From IMG/VR virus record IMGVR_UViG_3300031963_000105: a stretch of DNA of 64,000 nucleotides; one strand, 5' to 3'. The notes under the pieces were generated by a model. That model was given only the letters and a program-made list of their open reading frames with translations. It had not been told where the DNA came from and did no database searches. The translations under genes and the position numbers were made by a program. The first letter of the stretch is position 1; each line of letters starts with the position of its first letter. Origin of the DNA: a virus. This document shows, piece by piece, positions 9,592 through 19,828 of this stretch.

Positions 9592-10204
9592 CACATATTT
9601 AAAATTTTCTAGATATGGTAAACCATATCAATATAGAAAGAATTTTGATAATTTATCAGACGGCGTAATTTTAAATCTTAAAAAGCTAGAAACTTTTTTT
9701 TCTAAATATCCTCATATAAACATACAAAACTTTTTTGAAGCACCCATTTCTATATATCCAGATAATCCATATCCAAACTTGGATTATTTTAATACAAGAG
9801 TTGCGATAAGAGTATATTCGTTATTTAATAAAAAGAAAGAAAACGAAAATCCAGAAAATCAAATTGATTCTATAAAAGAAAGTTTTTCTTTTATTGGAAT
9901 GTTTTGTATTAAAAATAAAATACAGCTAGATGATTATCTAAAACATAAAACGGGTGTAATACCAAGTTGGATGGATCACTATAGACAAAGAAAAATAAAC
10001 CCATACTCGCTAATGGAAATTGGAGATATTATCAAAACTTTGGATGACACCCCAAGCGATATAGTAGATATATTTTCAGAAAATTTTAATAATAAAATAA
10101 TAACATTTAAAGTTAGATATAATAACTCTAACAAAACTATAGCTTTAGTTAAACAAGCAACAAACAAAATTAGAGATTTTGTAAAAAAAGAGTTGCAAAA
10201 GTAA
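9554..10204 (+). CDS. Probable helicase loader (gp59-like)
   Basis: 216 aa, basic and aromatic-rich helical protein directly upstream of gp32, as gene 59 is in T4. Assignment is mainly positional and size-based. Confidence 0.45.
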   Translation: MEEITESSKRIYNTYLKFSRYGKPYQYRKNFDNLSDGVILNLKKLETFFSKYPHINIQNFFEAPISIYPDNPYPNLDYFNTRVAIRVYSLFNKKKENENPENQIDSIKESFSFIGMFCIKNKIQLDDYLKHKTGVIPSWMDHYRQRKINPYSLMEIGDIIKTLDDTPSDIVDIFSENFNNKIITFKVRYNNSNKTIALVKQATNKIRDFVKKELQK

Positions 10205-10221
10205 AAAACCTGTAATAATAT
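10193..10221 (+). promoter_or_regulatory. sigma70-like promoter for gene 32
   Basis: TTGCAA-17 nt-TAATAT, 10 nt before the ATG. Confidence 0.6.
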
Positions 10222-10231
10222 TAAGTCTGAT

Positions 10232-11080
10232 ATGAGCAAATACACATCAAATCTATTCGAATCGTTGAAAGAAACGTTAAGCGCAAAAACAAAAACAGAT
10301 TCATCCTTCAAGGATTTCTTGAAGTGTGAACCGGACAAAACTTACATTGTAAGACTTCTTCCAAACTTGGAAGATAATTCAAAAACAAGATTTCACTACT
10401 GGCAGCATATTTTCGACAGTTGTGTAACTGGAAAGAAGATTTCTATTCTTTGTCCAAACACATACGGAGAAAAGTGTCCGATTGATGAATATCGTTCAAA
10501 GGTTTGGGCTTCAAAGAATGAAAAGCTTATTGAGCAATCCAAGCCATTGAGAAAAACTGAAAAGTGGCTTTATAACGCATATGTTATTAGCGATCCATCA
10601 AATCCAGAAAATAACGGTCAAGTTAAGATTTTGAATGCTGGTGTACAGCTTCAAAAGATTATTCAAAGCGCGATTGACGGAGATGATTCTCAAGAGTTTG
10701 GTTTCAAGATCTTTGATCTTTCTGAAAATGGTTGCAACCTTAGAATCAAGGTAGAGAAGAATGAAGGTGGTTATCCATCATACGTAAGTTCTAGATTCAT
10801 GTCTCCGTCGAAGATTGAAGGAATTGATGATACAGATTCCGTTTATGATTCGGTCAAGAGTCTTGACTCTATTTTCCAAAGAAAGACTTACGAAGAAATC
10901 AAGAAGTTAATGGATGTACATTTCTTCGGTAAAGATGAAGAAAAGAATGAAGCTCCAGTTAATGATATCGAAGAGGAAGAAGAAAGCTTTTCTCCAAGTG
11001 TATCATCTACGGAAAATGATTCAGACTCTTCATTAACAGACGAAGAAAAGAAGATGCAGGATATTCTAAAGGATCTATAA
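10232..11080 (+). CDS. 32: Single-stranded DNA-binding protein (gp32)
   Basis: IVRLLP, CPNTYGEKCPIDE, YVISDPSNPENNGQVK, FDLSENGCNLRIKV, YPSYVSS, acidic C-terminal tail. Confidence 0.93.
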   Translation: MSKYTSNLFESLKETLSAKTKTDSSFKDFLKCEPDKTYIVRLLPNLEDNSKTRFHYWQHIFDSCVTGKKISILCPNTYGEKCPIDEYRSKVWASKNEKLIEQSKPLRKTEKWLYNAYVISDPSNPENNGQVKILNAGVQLQKIIQSAIDGDDSQEFGFKIFDLSENGCNLRIKVEKNEGGYPSYVSSRFMSPSKIEGIDDTDSVYDSVKSLDSIFQRKTYEEIKKLMDVHFFGKDEEKNEAPVNDIEEEEESFSPSVSSTENDSDSSLTDEEKKMQDILKDL

Positions 11081-11083
11081 AAT

Positions 11084-11476
11084 ATGGATGAAAGTAAAGA
11101 AGACGCACTACAAGCTGCACTTTTAGCAAAATTTGTAAGCAGTTCTTTAAATAAGATCGATTCATTAGCAGTCGATCCTAGATCCAGAGCGAATAGATTA
11201 GATGTGAATCAGTTTGTATCAAAGGTTGTTAATAACAACCAAGGTCAACAGTATAATCAACAGAACATGGGGCAGCCGCCGATCCCGAGGGGGTTTGCGG
11301 CTCCACCACCAGAAGATGTAATAAGGCAGATGGTTCCTGATGTACCTAGACATCAGCCGCCACCTCCACAACAAACTTCTACACAATCTATACCAAATTC
11401 ATCTAATATCGAATCTATATTATCTAATATCGATAAAAATTTGGAAACATTAGTTAAGTTTATTAAAAATGGTTAA
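11084..11476 (+). CDS. Hypothetical Q/P-rich protein
   Basis: 130-aa ORF tightly packed in the operon; low-complexity centre and C-terminal amphipathic helix. Confidence 0.7.
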   Translation: MDESKEDALQAALLAKFVSSSLNKIDSLAVDPRSRANRLDVNQFVSKVVNNNQGQQYNQQNMGQPPIPRGFAAPPPEDVIRQMVPDVPRHQPPPPQQTSTQSIPNSSNIESILSNIDKNLETLVKFIKNG

Positions 11477-12227
11477 TTCGTTATTACCAATTCCAAAAAC
11501 ATCTTTAGAAAAGTTTTTAAAACCTATTAATAGAGCAACAGACTCTTGCATTTTAAAAACAAAAGAAAACTTATTATATAGTATTTGTACATCTGAAGAT
11601 AAGTCTGTTATTCTTTATGCTAAATGCGACTTACCATTAGTCATAGAAAATGAGGTTAAACTTAATCTTATTAGTATTAAAAAATTCTTAAATGGCTTAG
11701 ATTGCTTAGGAGATAACGGAACATTTAAAATGTTCTTGAATAAGAATCATATTAGATGTCAAATGGAAAACGAATCTGATTCTGAAAATACATTTTTTAA
11801 GTATCATTTGGTTGATGATGGTATTATTACAGAATCTACAGTTAATGTAGAAACAATATCAAAATTAAATTTTGATAACGAATTTGAAATTTCGACTCAA
11901 AAGCTTAAACAAATAATGTCAGCTTATACCTTTGTAACTGATGCATCTAAAATTTATTTTTATTCTAAAGATAAAAAAGTTCACGCAGATATTGATGATA
12001 AAACAATGTCAAACGTTGATAATATGAGTTTTGTAGTTTCCAATACATTAGCTGGTAATGATATTTTAGACCCAATACCTCTTAAACTAGAAGTATTTAA
12101 AAGCTTAATAACAAGCAAACTACCGATAAAAGTAAAAATCAATAAAGAATACAAAGTATTAGTCTTTCAAACAAAAGAAAATGACGATGTTGAATTAAAA
12201 TATATCGTATCAGCTCTTGTTAAATAA
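11469..12227 (+). CDS. 45: DNA sliding clamp (gp45/PCNA-like)
   Basis: 252 aa with two-domain clamp pattern (FLKPINRATDSCILK...; FEISTQKLKQIMSA...); located in the replication operon. Confidence 0.7.
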   Translation: MVNSLLPIPKTSLEKFLKPINRATDSCILKTKENLLYSICTSEDKSVILYAKCDLPLVIENEVKLNLISIKKFLNGLDCLGDNGTFKMFLNKNHIRCQMENESDSENTFFKYHLVDDGIITESTVNVETISKLNFDNEFEISTQKLKQIMSAYTFVTDASKIYFYSKDKKVHADIDDKTMSNVDNMSFVVSNTLAGNDILDPIPLKLEVFKSLITSKLPIKVKINKEYKVLVFQTKENDDVELKYIVSALVK

Positions 12228-12251
12228 ATTACATTTTATAAATTATAATAT

Positions 12252-12575
12252 ATGGCAATTAACAAAATCACAACAGTTAGTTATTTTGTAAAAAGAATGA
12301 AAGATTCTGGATACGTAACTGAAAAACTATTCACTAATTATTCAAAATCGGATGCAAGATCTTGGACTGTTGTAATAGATCCGGGAAATACATCTGTTTT
12401 TATAACATGTTTTAATAATCATAATTTTTTTGGTGAAGAATATTTCACTTTATATGATGGAGGACAATACATACCAGAAAATTTTAAGTTAAAAACAAGT
12501 TCCATAGAAGTTGTAATTGAATACCTTTCAAAATTCAATATCACTAATAAGTATTCGAAATACGGAAGCAACTAA
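12252..12575 (+). CDS. Hypothetical protein
   Basis: 107-aa ORF, coding-like composition, operon packing. Confidence 0.7.
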   Translation: MAINKITTVSYFVKRMKDSGYVTEKLFTNYSKSDARSWTVVIDPGNTSVFITCFNNHNFFGEEYFTLYDGGQYIPENFKLKTSSIEVVIEYLSKFNITNKYSKYGSN

Positions 12576-12962
12576 ATGGAACCCAAAAGAAAAAGAAAAA
12601 ATTCAAAAACAACATCAAGCCCTCAATTATCTTCCGATGAAGTTTTTGTTAAAAATAAAGAAGTTTCTTTAAACGATACTGAATCAAAAATTTTTGAACA
12701 GATAAATCATTTAGAACTTCAAAAAAGTCTTTTTCAATGGGAGAAACAATTAAGACAAAAACAACAAGTTAATAGAAGAGATTTATCAATTTTAAAAGAT
12801 ACGATAAGTGAATATATGGGGTCTTTCTTGTTATTTGGTTATAATTTAGAAGATGATAGAGTTATCATTCAAAAATTTGAAACTGCTAGAGATAGAGATG
12901 CAATAATGGAATTTTTAAAGAATGTTTTTGTTAAACAACAAATGGAAGGATTTTTAGACTAA
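12576..12962 (+). CDS. Hypothetical protein with basic N-terminus
   Basis: 128-aa ORF abutting both neighbours. Confidence 0.7.
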   Translation: MEPKRKRKNSKTTSSPQLSSDEVFVKNKEVSLNDTESKIFEQINHLELQKSLFQWEKQLRQKQQVNRRDLSILKDTISEYMGSFLLFGYNLEDDRVIIQKFETARDRDAIMEFLKNVFVKQQMEGFLD

Positions 12963-14161
12963 TGGACGTAATTGAAGAATTTTGTAAAAATAAATTAATA
13001 AATACATCTTTATTTAGGGATTCATCTGCTAAATTTTTGGATCCCAATTTTGATGTTAAATCTTTTTTATGTGAAGTTTTAAAATTAGTAGACATTCCTA
13101 ATATAAGTCCAATTTTATCAGAACAAGAAATAAACTATTATCCACAAAGAACAGATTTTTCCGGTCTATCCTCAGTAGGAGATCCTCGCGTTTCTCTTGG
13201 TTTATCAATATCGGCTGGATACACTAATTTCATGCCGAGAAATATAGTATATGCGGAAACATATAAATATGGTGGTGCGAGAGTAATAAACAATTATATT
13301 TGCGATAAAGACGGAAATCCAATAAAAATTCAAACATCAACCAGTTTAGAATCTAAACCACAAGAAGAAAAACTATTAGATGTAAAATCTATTTTAGAGC
13401 AACCAGAGGTTGCAAATTTATACCCTCATTATGATTTTAGTAAGACTATATGTTTAGAACAACCAGAAATTAAAATAGCAAATTTAGATTCATCAATAGA
13501 TGATATAGATCAACAAGATAATATAAACCCACCAGTTTTTACTCCCGGAAGTAATAAAGTTAATAATCTTTTTGTTTATGATTATTCTTTAGATTTATGT
13601 TTAAAAGATTTGGATTATGATATGTTGTTTGTACCAACAACACCAGATGAATATACAAACTTTACTAATGATTTTATTAAATTTGGTAGAAATCAACATT
13701 CTTTATATTTTATAGAGTTTCTTAAAAAGTTTTTCTTAAACAGAGGTTGGACATTATCATTTAATAAAATAACAAATCCTCCAATTTTTTATATTAAATT
13801 AACTAAAAAATCTGGATCAACAGATTTTACTTCTTTATTGGGAAGTAATGGATATAGTTATACTTCAACAGTAAAACATATGTATTTTAAATACTGGGAG
13901 GATCAAATGAGTTTTATTTCTGAAAAATTAAACATACAAAATATTTCTGTTAATATCTCAAGCACTGGTTTAAATCCATCAAGTAATGCTATGATGAGAG
14001 CTATAACAGATCAATATCCAGATTATAAGAGAATAATGAAAGATCCATTATTACAAAAACTATTTTATCAATACGCAAAAGTTAAATATACTGAAATTCC
14101 ACAGTATGAAAATTCTGCTACAAAATTAGCGTCTCCTATAAAAAAACTTTTTGTAGTTTAA
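12962..14161 (+). CDS. Hypothetical protein
   Basis: 399-aa ORF with TAATG stop/start overlap; no recognisable motif. Confidence 0.75.
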   Translation: MDVIEEFCKNKLINTSLFRDSSAKFLDPNFDVKSFLCEVLKLVDIPNISPILSEQEINYYPQRTDFSGLSSVGDPRVSLGLSISAGYTNFMPRNIVYAETYKYGGARVINNYICDKDGNPIKIQTSTSLESKPQEEKLLDVKSILEQPEVANLYPHYDFSKTICLEQPEIKIANLDSSIDDIDQQDNINPPVFTPGSNKVNNLFVYDYSLDLCLKDLDYDMLFVPTTPDEYTNFTNDFIKFGRNQHSLYFIEFLKKFFLNRGWTLSFNKITNPPIFYIKLTKKSGSTDFTSLLGSNGYSYTSTVKHMYFKYWEDQMSFISEKLNIQNISVNISSTGLNPSSNAMMRAITDQYPDYKRIMKDPLLQKLFYQYAKVKYTEIPQYENSATKLASPIKKLFVV

Positions 14162-16251
14162 TCACAGTCTGGAAGTTTAAACTCTGGAATTGGATTTGTA
14201 GTTCCGTCTGAATTATAAGAAACATTCACTCCATTTTCTGTAGTATCTATATAATCCTTTCCTCCGAAAGCATCAATAGAGTTAATTCCATATGCTCTAT
14301 TTCTTCTCAACTTGGCAGAGTTTACTCTTCCTGCATTTCCGAATGGTCCACCGCCTCCACCGCACGGTCCTAAGTCTCCTGCGTTTTTATGTCCGGGTTC
14401 TGATCCCATTCCAGTAGTTTGAGCTGGAGTTGGAATGCTTGATGCTGGTTGCCTTGCTGCTATTGATGCCGCAGCATTTCCATGAGTAACGCATTTAGGC
14501 GTGGTATATCCATGAGAATGAGGATCTCCGGGGGATCCGTGATTGTGAGTATAAGTGTAAACAGGAATCATAGCCGGTAAAACATAGCCAGTAACAGCAC
14601 CACCATAAGTACAAGTTCCAAAAACGAATAAAGGCATATATGTATAATAATCATATACCATTGCAAATCCAGTTGGTAAAAATGTATTATCCACAACCAT
14701 TGATATTTGAGCGGTAGAATATGTTTCTTCAATTTTAGTTTTTAAATAATCCGGAGTTAAAACTAAACCCATTAATGTCGCCGCTATATCGCGCATTACT
14801 TTATAAATTTTATCAAAAATATCTGTCTTGGTTGCGTCGGGTTTTACTGGGTTATTCCAATTTGCAGCGGAATGAACATTATGAGCAGAGCTTGATACTT
14901 CACTATCAATTCTTTCTCCGGGTACTGTTAAATGGGGGGCATAGATTCCACCATCCATCATTAACGATCCCTTTAAAGCTATATCACCCTGAACGCTTAA
15001 TTTACCACCAACATAAACTCTATCGGAATCTAAAATTATAGCATCTCCATTTGGATTACCTTTTGATTGTAAAACGATATTAGCTCCACCTATTATAGTT
15101 TTATTTGGAGAGTTTAAAAGTAATTCACCTTTAGATGTTGTAACTTCAACTACGGAACCACTTATTTTTTGTTTTCCAGAAGTAGCTACGTCTATTCCAC
15201 CAGAACCTACTTTTAATTGATAACTATGTGAAACGGTTTTTTGTTCATTTCCACTGGTTTGAACTGAAGGTTGATATATAGCAGCTTTGCAAGTTCCTTT
15301 AGAAGAAGGTATAAAACAATATTTTGGATTTCCGTCAGTAAGTTCTGTTATTAATGGATTTGGATCTGAAAGAGCAACAGTTTCACATTCTCTCATCGGA
15401 CCTCCAACATGAACTTTTATATCATTTGGTATTGTTTCTGTTAAACTTCCATCAGATGCTAATTTTTCAAGTTTTTCTATTTCTTTTTTATTTTGTTCAA
15501 ATTGCTCCGATACTTTTTCATTGGCTTTTTGTATGGCATGAATTGGAGAAGCAATAGAATTATTTTTACATCCACTACAACCACAAGACCCACCATTCAA
15601 TGCAGACACCGGCATAAAATCTAAAAAGAATGCGATAACTGCTTTTAAAATTTTTTCTACTTTATCTATAAATCCACCAAGAGGAGAATTAGGTAAAAAA
15701 TTAAAAATTTTTCTTAAATATTTTGATGCGGTAGCAAATGTTCTGGCGGCTCTATCAACTGCCATTTCTTGAGCGCAAATAGGACATTCTATTCTATCTC
15801 CTTTTCCAGCATTTGATTCAATTTCTTTTACACCCGCATTACTAATTTCATCTGCTATTTTTGCTAGTTTCTCTGCTGCTTCGCGTTGCTCTTTCCCTTG
15901 ACGACCTATTTGTATTGTTCTGTTTCCTTGTATGTATTCATGTTTATCACCATGAAAATGATATTGAGCATCACCTTGTACGAATTGATAAAAATCTTTA
16001 CCAGAGTAAAATCCCATATCAGTAGAAGATTGTTCTATCAACTTTCCTTCTGACATATGAATATAAGTTCCAAACTTATCTTGTAGTTGTATAAAAGATC
16101 TATCAACAGGTATTGCGGAACCGTTAGGATCTTTTTCTATTTTAGTTTGAAAATATAAAGCACCAGCTTCATTACCTAAACGACTTGCTTCTACTGATTT
16201 ATCGTTATTTACAATAGGAGGTTCAGAATTATTTGTTTTTTGTGATGCCAT
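14158..16251 (-). CDS. Baseplate spike/needle protein, gp5 C-terminal (beta-helix) part
   Basis: KFGTYIHMSEG...VQGDAQYHFHGDKHEYIQGNRTIQIG beta-helix repeats, later VxG-type strands, and HxH motifs THNH and PHSH; directly downstream of the gp5 OB-fold gene; AATAAGTA late box upstream. Confidence 0.65.
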   Translation of the reverse strand: MASQKTNNSEPPIVNNDKSVEASRLGNEAGALYFQTKIEKDPNGSAIPVDRSFIQLQDKFGTYIHMSEGKLIEQSSTDMGFYSGKDFYQFVQGDAQYHFHGDKHEYIQGNRTIQIGRQGKEQREAAEKLAKIADEISNAGVKEIESNAGKGDRIECPICAQEMAVDRAARTFATASKYLRKIFNFLPNSPLGGFIDKVEKILKAVIAFFLDFMPVSALNGGSCGCSGCKNNSIASPIHAIQKANEKVSEQFEQNKKEIEKLEKLASDGSLTETIPNDIKVHVGGPMRECETVALSDPNPLITELTDGNPKYCFIPSSKGTCKAAIYQPSVQTSGNEQKTVSHSYQLKVGSGGIDVATSGKQKISGSVVEVTTSKGELLLNSPNKTIIGGANIVLQSKGNPNGDAIILDSDRVYVGGKLSVQGDIALKGSLMMDGGIYAPHLTVPGERIDSEVSSSAHNVHSAANWNNPVKPDATKTDIFDKIYKVMRDIAATLMGLVLTPDYLKTKIEETYSTAQISMVVDNTFLPTGFAMVYDYYTYMPLFVFGTCTYGGAVTGYVLPAMIPVYTYTHNHGSPGDPHSHGYTTPKCVTHGNAAASIAARQPASSIPTPAQTTGMGSEPGHKNAGDLGPCGGGGGPFGNAGRVNSAKLRRNRAYGINSIDAFGGKDYIDTTENGVNVSYNSDGTTNPIPEFKLPDCD

Positions 16252-16283
16252 AATGTTACTTATTAATGTTTTATAAAATTCAA

Positions 16284-18092
16284 TTATGATGACCTAACAT
16301 TTGAAGGTTCTTGATATGAACCAACTACAATTGGTTTTAATGGGTTTCCATCTAAAAACATTACATATGCTTTAGATCCAACTTGAGGAATACTAAACAT
16401 ACCCATAGCAGTTCCCGCGCCTCCAATTTTAGCTACACCATTTCCCGCGTTTTGAAACATATCAGTTGGTTTCATTATATTATTATGTTGTTGACTTGGA
16501 GATTGTTCAATAGACGCTAATTCTCCTTCTCCTAATTGAGAAAATGTTTGATTTGCTTGTTTGGCATATGATATTCTATTTTCCATTTGTGGGTTTCCGG
16601 GTCTTAAGTATCCCCATCCAGTTGTAGGATTTAATGTCTGCCCGCTAAATAATTGAGCCGCTTCTTCTACGCTATTAGCATTAGCTATAGTTGATAATCC
16701 TTTCCAAGATGGACCACCACTAGAAGGTCTTCCGTTTAGAAAATCTGGATCATTAAATAATGCTTCTATTTGTGTTTGTACGGAAATTCCATTATTAATA
16801 TTTTCTTTTTTAACATTTTTAGCATAATTACGCATTCTTTCTAAATGAACACCTTGTTCTCCTAATAACCCATAACCCCTACCTCCATCATGAGTTAAAT
16901 TTGGATTAAACGAAGATTCTTGTTTTATATTACCAACAATAGCCCCAGCTACAACACTAGCTTGTTTGGGCGTTAAATTTCTTTTAATAGATTCATTATA
17001 AGCTGTTCTATATGCAATTGCAGCATTATTTGCTTGGTCGTTTGATAATTTTAAATCTTTTTTAACTAAAGAAATTACACTAGTTTCAGATTTACTAACC
17101 TCCGCAGCTTTATTATTCATTCCGTCTTTTTTTGGAAATTCTTGTTTAGTTGCTGTTCCGTCTTGAGCGATTGCAGAACCGGAAAATGCTGGTACGTTAT
17201 TGTTATTTAAATTATTAGCAGTTTGAAACCCATTTCCAGTTATTCCAGTTTCTACCGGTTCAAAATGCCATTGTTCCTTATTTACTGGAGTATGAAGACC
17301 CCATTTTTGTTTTAAAACTTGTAGTTCTGGTGGTGTTTTATTATCTTTATCCAGAGCAGTATCTATTCGCATTATATCAACGAAACCAAATTTTCCATTT
17401 CCTATTATTTTAATATCGGCAGCTATTCCAAATCCATGATTTGATTTATATGGTGGTGCTGTACCCCTTCCATTATTTTGTTTATATAGAGTTGCTTGAT
17501 CGGTTCCGGTGCTTCCTATTGCATTTTTTTCTGTCATGGTAGGCGCTCTGAATCCAGAACTTATAGTGACATCATAGCCAGCAGATTTTAATTCATTAGC
17601 AAACCCAGCAATTCTTTGAGAAAAAGTAGAATTAAGATTTTTTACATCTACCCCTACATTAACATTTTGCCCATTATAATAAGAAGCAGAATTTCCACCA
17701 TTACTGTTTTTAACGATAGCATTTAAATCATAATTATTTTTACCAACAGGAAAAGACGTGGATGGTGCGATACCACCAGTAGAACCATAAGTCATGAAAG
17801 TAGGTGCGGGAGTAGGAGTATATGTGCTTTGATTTACCGGAGCACCAGTTCCTCCACCAAAAAATGGCATAGCCATTTCCGACCAAGGTAATACGTCAGT
17901 TAATCTAGAAATAATATCAGGAGTAAAAACAGAAGATTCAAAAGATTTAAATTTAATATCTTCACCCGATTCGTTCCATCCTTTATATAAAGTATTTGTT
18001 AAATGCGGTATAAAAACCTGAACTCTTCCTCTATTTTCCAAGTCTTGGTTATTAACAACAATTCCAACATAAATGTTATTTAACTTATACAT
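16284..18092 (-). CDS. 5: gp5/VgrG-type OB-fold baseplate hub protein with inserted M15 (D-Ala-D-Ala type) peptidase and phage tail lysozyme domains
   Basis: OB N-half YVGIVVNNQDLENRGRVQVFIP...LPWS; OB C-half GMFSIPQVGSKAYVMFLDGNPLKPIVVG; M15 motifs SGFR, SNHGFGIAADI, EQWHFE; lysozyme motifs GAIVGNIKQESSFNP, GYGL, RISYA. Confidence 0.82.
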   Translation of the reverse strand: MYKLNNIYVGIVVNNQDLENRGRVQVFIPHLTNTLYKGWNESGEDIKFKSFESSVFTPDIISRLTDVLPWSEMAMPFFGGGTGAPVNQSTYTPTPAPTFMTYGSTGGIAPSTSFPVGKNNYDLNAIVKNSNGGNSASYYNGQNVNVGVDVKNLNSTFSQRIAGFANELKSAGYDVTISSGFRAPTMTEKNAIGSTGTDQATLYKQNNGRGTAPPYKSNHGFGIAADIKIIGNGKFGFVDIMRIDTALDKDNKTPPELQVLKQKWGLHTPVNKEQWHFEPVETGITGNGFQTANNLNNNNVPAFSGSAIAQDGTATKQEFPKKDGMNNKAAEVSKSETSVISLVKKDLKLSNDQANNAAIAYRTAYNESIKRNLTPKQASVVAGAIVGNIKQESSFNPNLTHDGGRGYGLLGEQGVHLERMRNYAKNVKKENINNGISVQTQIEALFNDPDFLNGRPSSGGPSWKGLSTIANANSVEEAAQLFSGQTLNPTTGWGYLRPGNPQMENRISYAKQANQTFSQLGEGELASIEQSPSQQHNNIMKPTDMFQNAGNGVAKIGGAGTAMGMFSIPQVGSKAYVMFLDGNPLKPIVVGSYQEPSNVRSS

Positions 18093-18100
18093 AAATTATT

Positions 18101-19807
18101 TTATGTTTTTTCTACTCCATCACTATCTTGTGGTTTTTTATTTGAATTAAAAACACCTTTAATCGATTCTCCCAATTTATTAATTCCAGAACCAACAGAT
18201 CCGGTTATTTTTGATATGTCTGATTTTACAGTTCCTCCAAGAGTTGAAACATCAGAAGATATATTTTTAAAATCTTCTTGAGTATTTCTTATTATATCGC
18301 CAAAATTTTTAGGGTTTCCGTATTTATCTTCTACACCTTGATCGGAATCAAACAAATTCTTATCCAAGAAATCATTAACTCCAGTTGGTAATGTAGATCC
18401 ATCGGCACTATATCTATTCCAAATAGCACCTGCTTTACTCATTACATCTGCTAATGGACTTGCTTTAGATGCGTAATTCGATCCAAATTTTTCAGCCAAA
18501 GCTCCGACCACATCACCTTGTAGTGCAGTATTTATATACGATAACCCAAAATTTGATAACGTATCGGATATAAATCCTTCTGGATCACTTCCTATTTGAT
18601 CAACTTTATCAATTATATTTTTTACTTCTGGTGGTAAAAATGAAGCTAATGTATTAAACGGATTCTTTACAAAATTCGATGCGGTATTAACATAGGTTTG
18701 TATTGAATTTAAAACATTCAACATTGGACCTGTCATATTAAATAATGAAGTAAAGAAATTTAAATCATCTAAAATACACTGCATAGTATCAAGTAATAAA
18801 CAAATCAAGTCTAAAGGAATTATATCCTCTATCATTTTCATTAATTGTTTTTGTATGTCTGCGATAATACCATTAACCCAAGCATAAACTTGTTTAATAT
18901 ATTTCGTCATTAACTTATAAAAATCATTCATCATTTTATTGAATGCTTTTACTACTCCATTTATTAATCTAACTGCTTTTTGAATAGAACCAAAAGCAGA
19001 CTTAGGCATTGTTAAATATGCTCTTGTTCTTATCATGTTACAAAATTTTTCTAATTTATTAACAGAACCCGGCCATATTTTTTCCATAGTGTTAGTAACT
19101 AAACTTGGAGTATATCTATTTGGACCGGTAATGGGGTTATTATCCATCATATCACCACCAGCGGCCATGTTACCCATTTGTCCTACCTCTTCAAAACAAC
19201 CTTTGGCAAAAGCAGGAGTCTTTTTTAATATATCAGACAATTGAGGTATTTTAATCATTCTTTGGAAGTCTTTAATAAAGTTATCATCTATTATATATTT
19301 TGGATTGTTTTCTCCTATAGATGCAGACAAAATGTTATTATCAAACCCATAAACTAAAAGACAAAGTAAAAGATAATATTTGTTTACATTTAAACCGGTA
19401 AATTGATGTTTTATTCGAGCCAATTCACCACCGAAAAGATATGGCAAAAGATTTAAGTTTGTTTGCTTTTCTAATTTTTCTATTTCTCCTTTTATTTTAG
19501 CTAAATCTTCTTTTGAAGTTGCTACTCTTGGGTATGGTGTTGCAAACTTAGTTTGATTTATTGGTCTTAATTTAGGTTCTTGCGCTGGTTTGGTTACTGT
19601 GGCGGGTTTAGGTTCTTGGGGAACAGTAACTACAGCTGATGGGGTTGTAGGAATAGCTGGCTTTGGTATGTTGATAATAACATCATCCGGATTATTAGAT
19701 ACTATTTTTGGTAAACTTGCGGCGGTTTTTTCCGATTCTTGTTGCATGATACTTTTATCATACATCGGATTAATCATTCCCAATAAATTATTAAGATCAC
19801 TAGCCAT
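18101..19807 (-). CDS. Putative virion/baseplate-associated helical protein
   Basis: 568 aa in the late tail operon; P/T-rich linker followed by long amphipathic helices. Confidence 0.65.
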   Translation of the reverse strand: MASDLNNLLGMINPMYDKSIMQQESEKTAASLPKIVSNNPDDVIINIPKPAIPTTPSAVVTVPQEPKPATVTKPAQEPKLRPINQTKFATPYPRVATSKEDLAKIKGEIEKLEKQTNLNLLPYLFGGELARIKHQFTGLNVNKYYLLLCLLVYGFDNNILSASIGENNPKYIIDDNFIKDFQRMIKIPQLSDILKKTPAFAKGCFEEVGQMGNMAAGGDMMDNNPITGPNRYTPSLVTNTMEKIWPGSVNKLEKFCNMIRTRAYLTMPKSAFGSIQKAVRLINGVVKAFNKMMNDFYKLMTKYIKQVYAWVNGIIADIQKQLMKMIEDIIPLDLICLLLDTMQCILDDLNFFTSLFNMTGPMLNVLNSIQTYVNTASNFVKNPFNTLASFLPPEVKNIIDKVDQIGSDPEGFISDTLSNFGLSYINTALQGDVVGALAEKFGSNYASKASPLADVMSKAGAIWNRYSADGSTLPTGVNDFLDKNLFDSDQGVEDKYGNPKNFGDIIRNTQEDFKNISSDVSTLGGTVKSDISKITGSVGSGINKLGESIKGVFNSNKKPQDSDGVEKT

Positions 19808-19828
19808 ATAAAAACTTACTCTTTTTTA

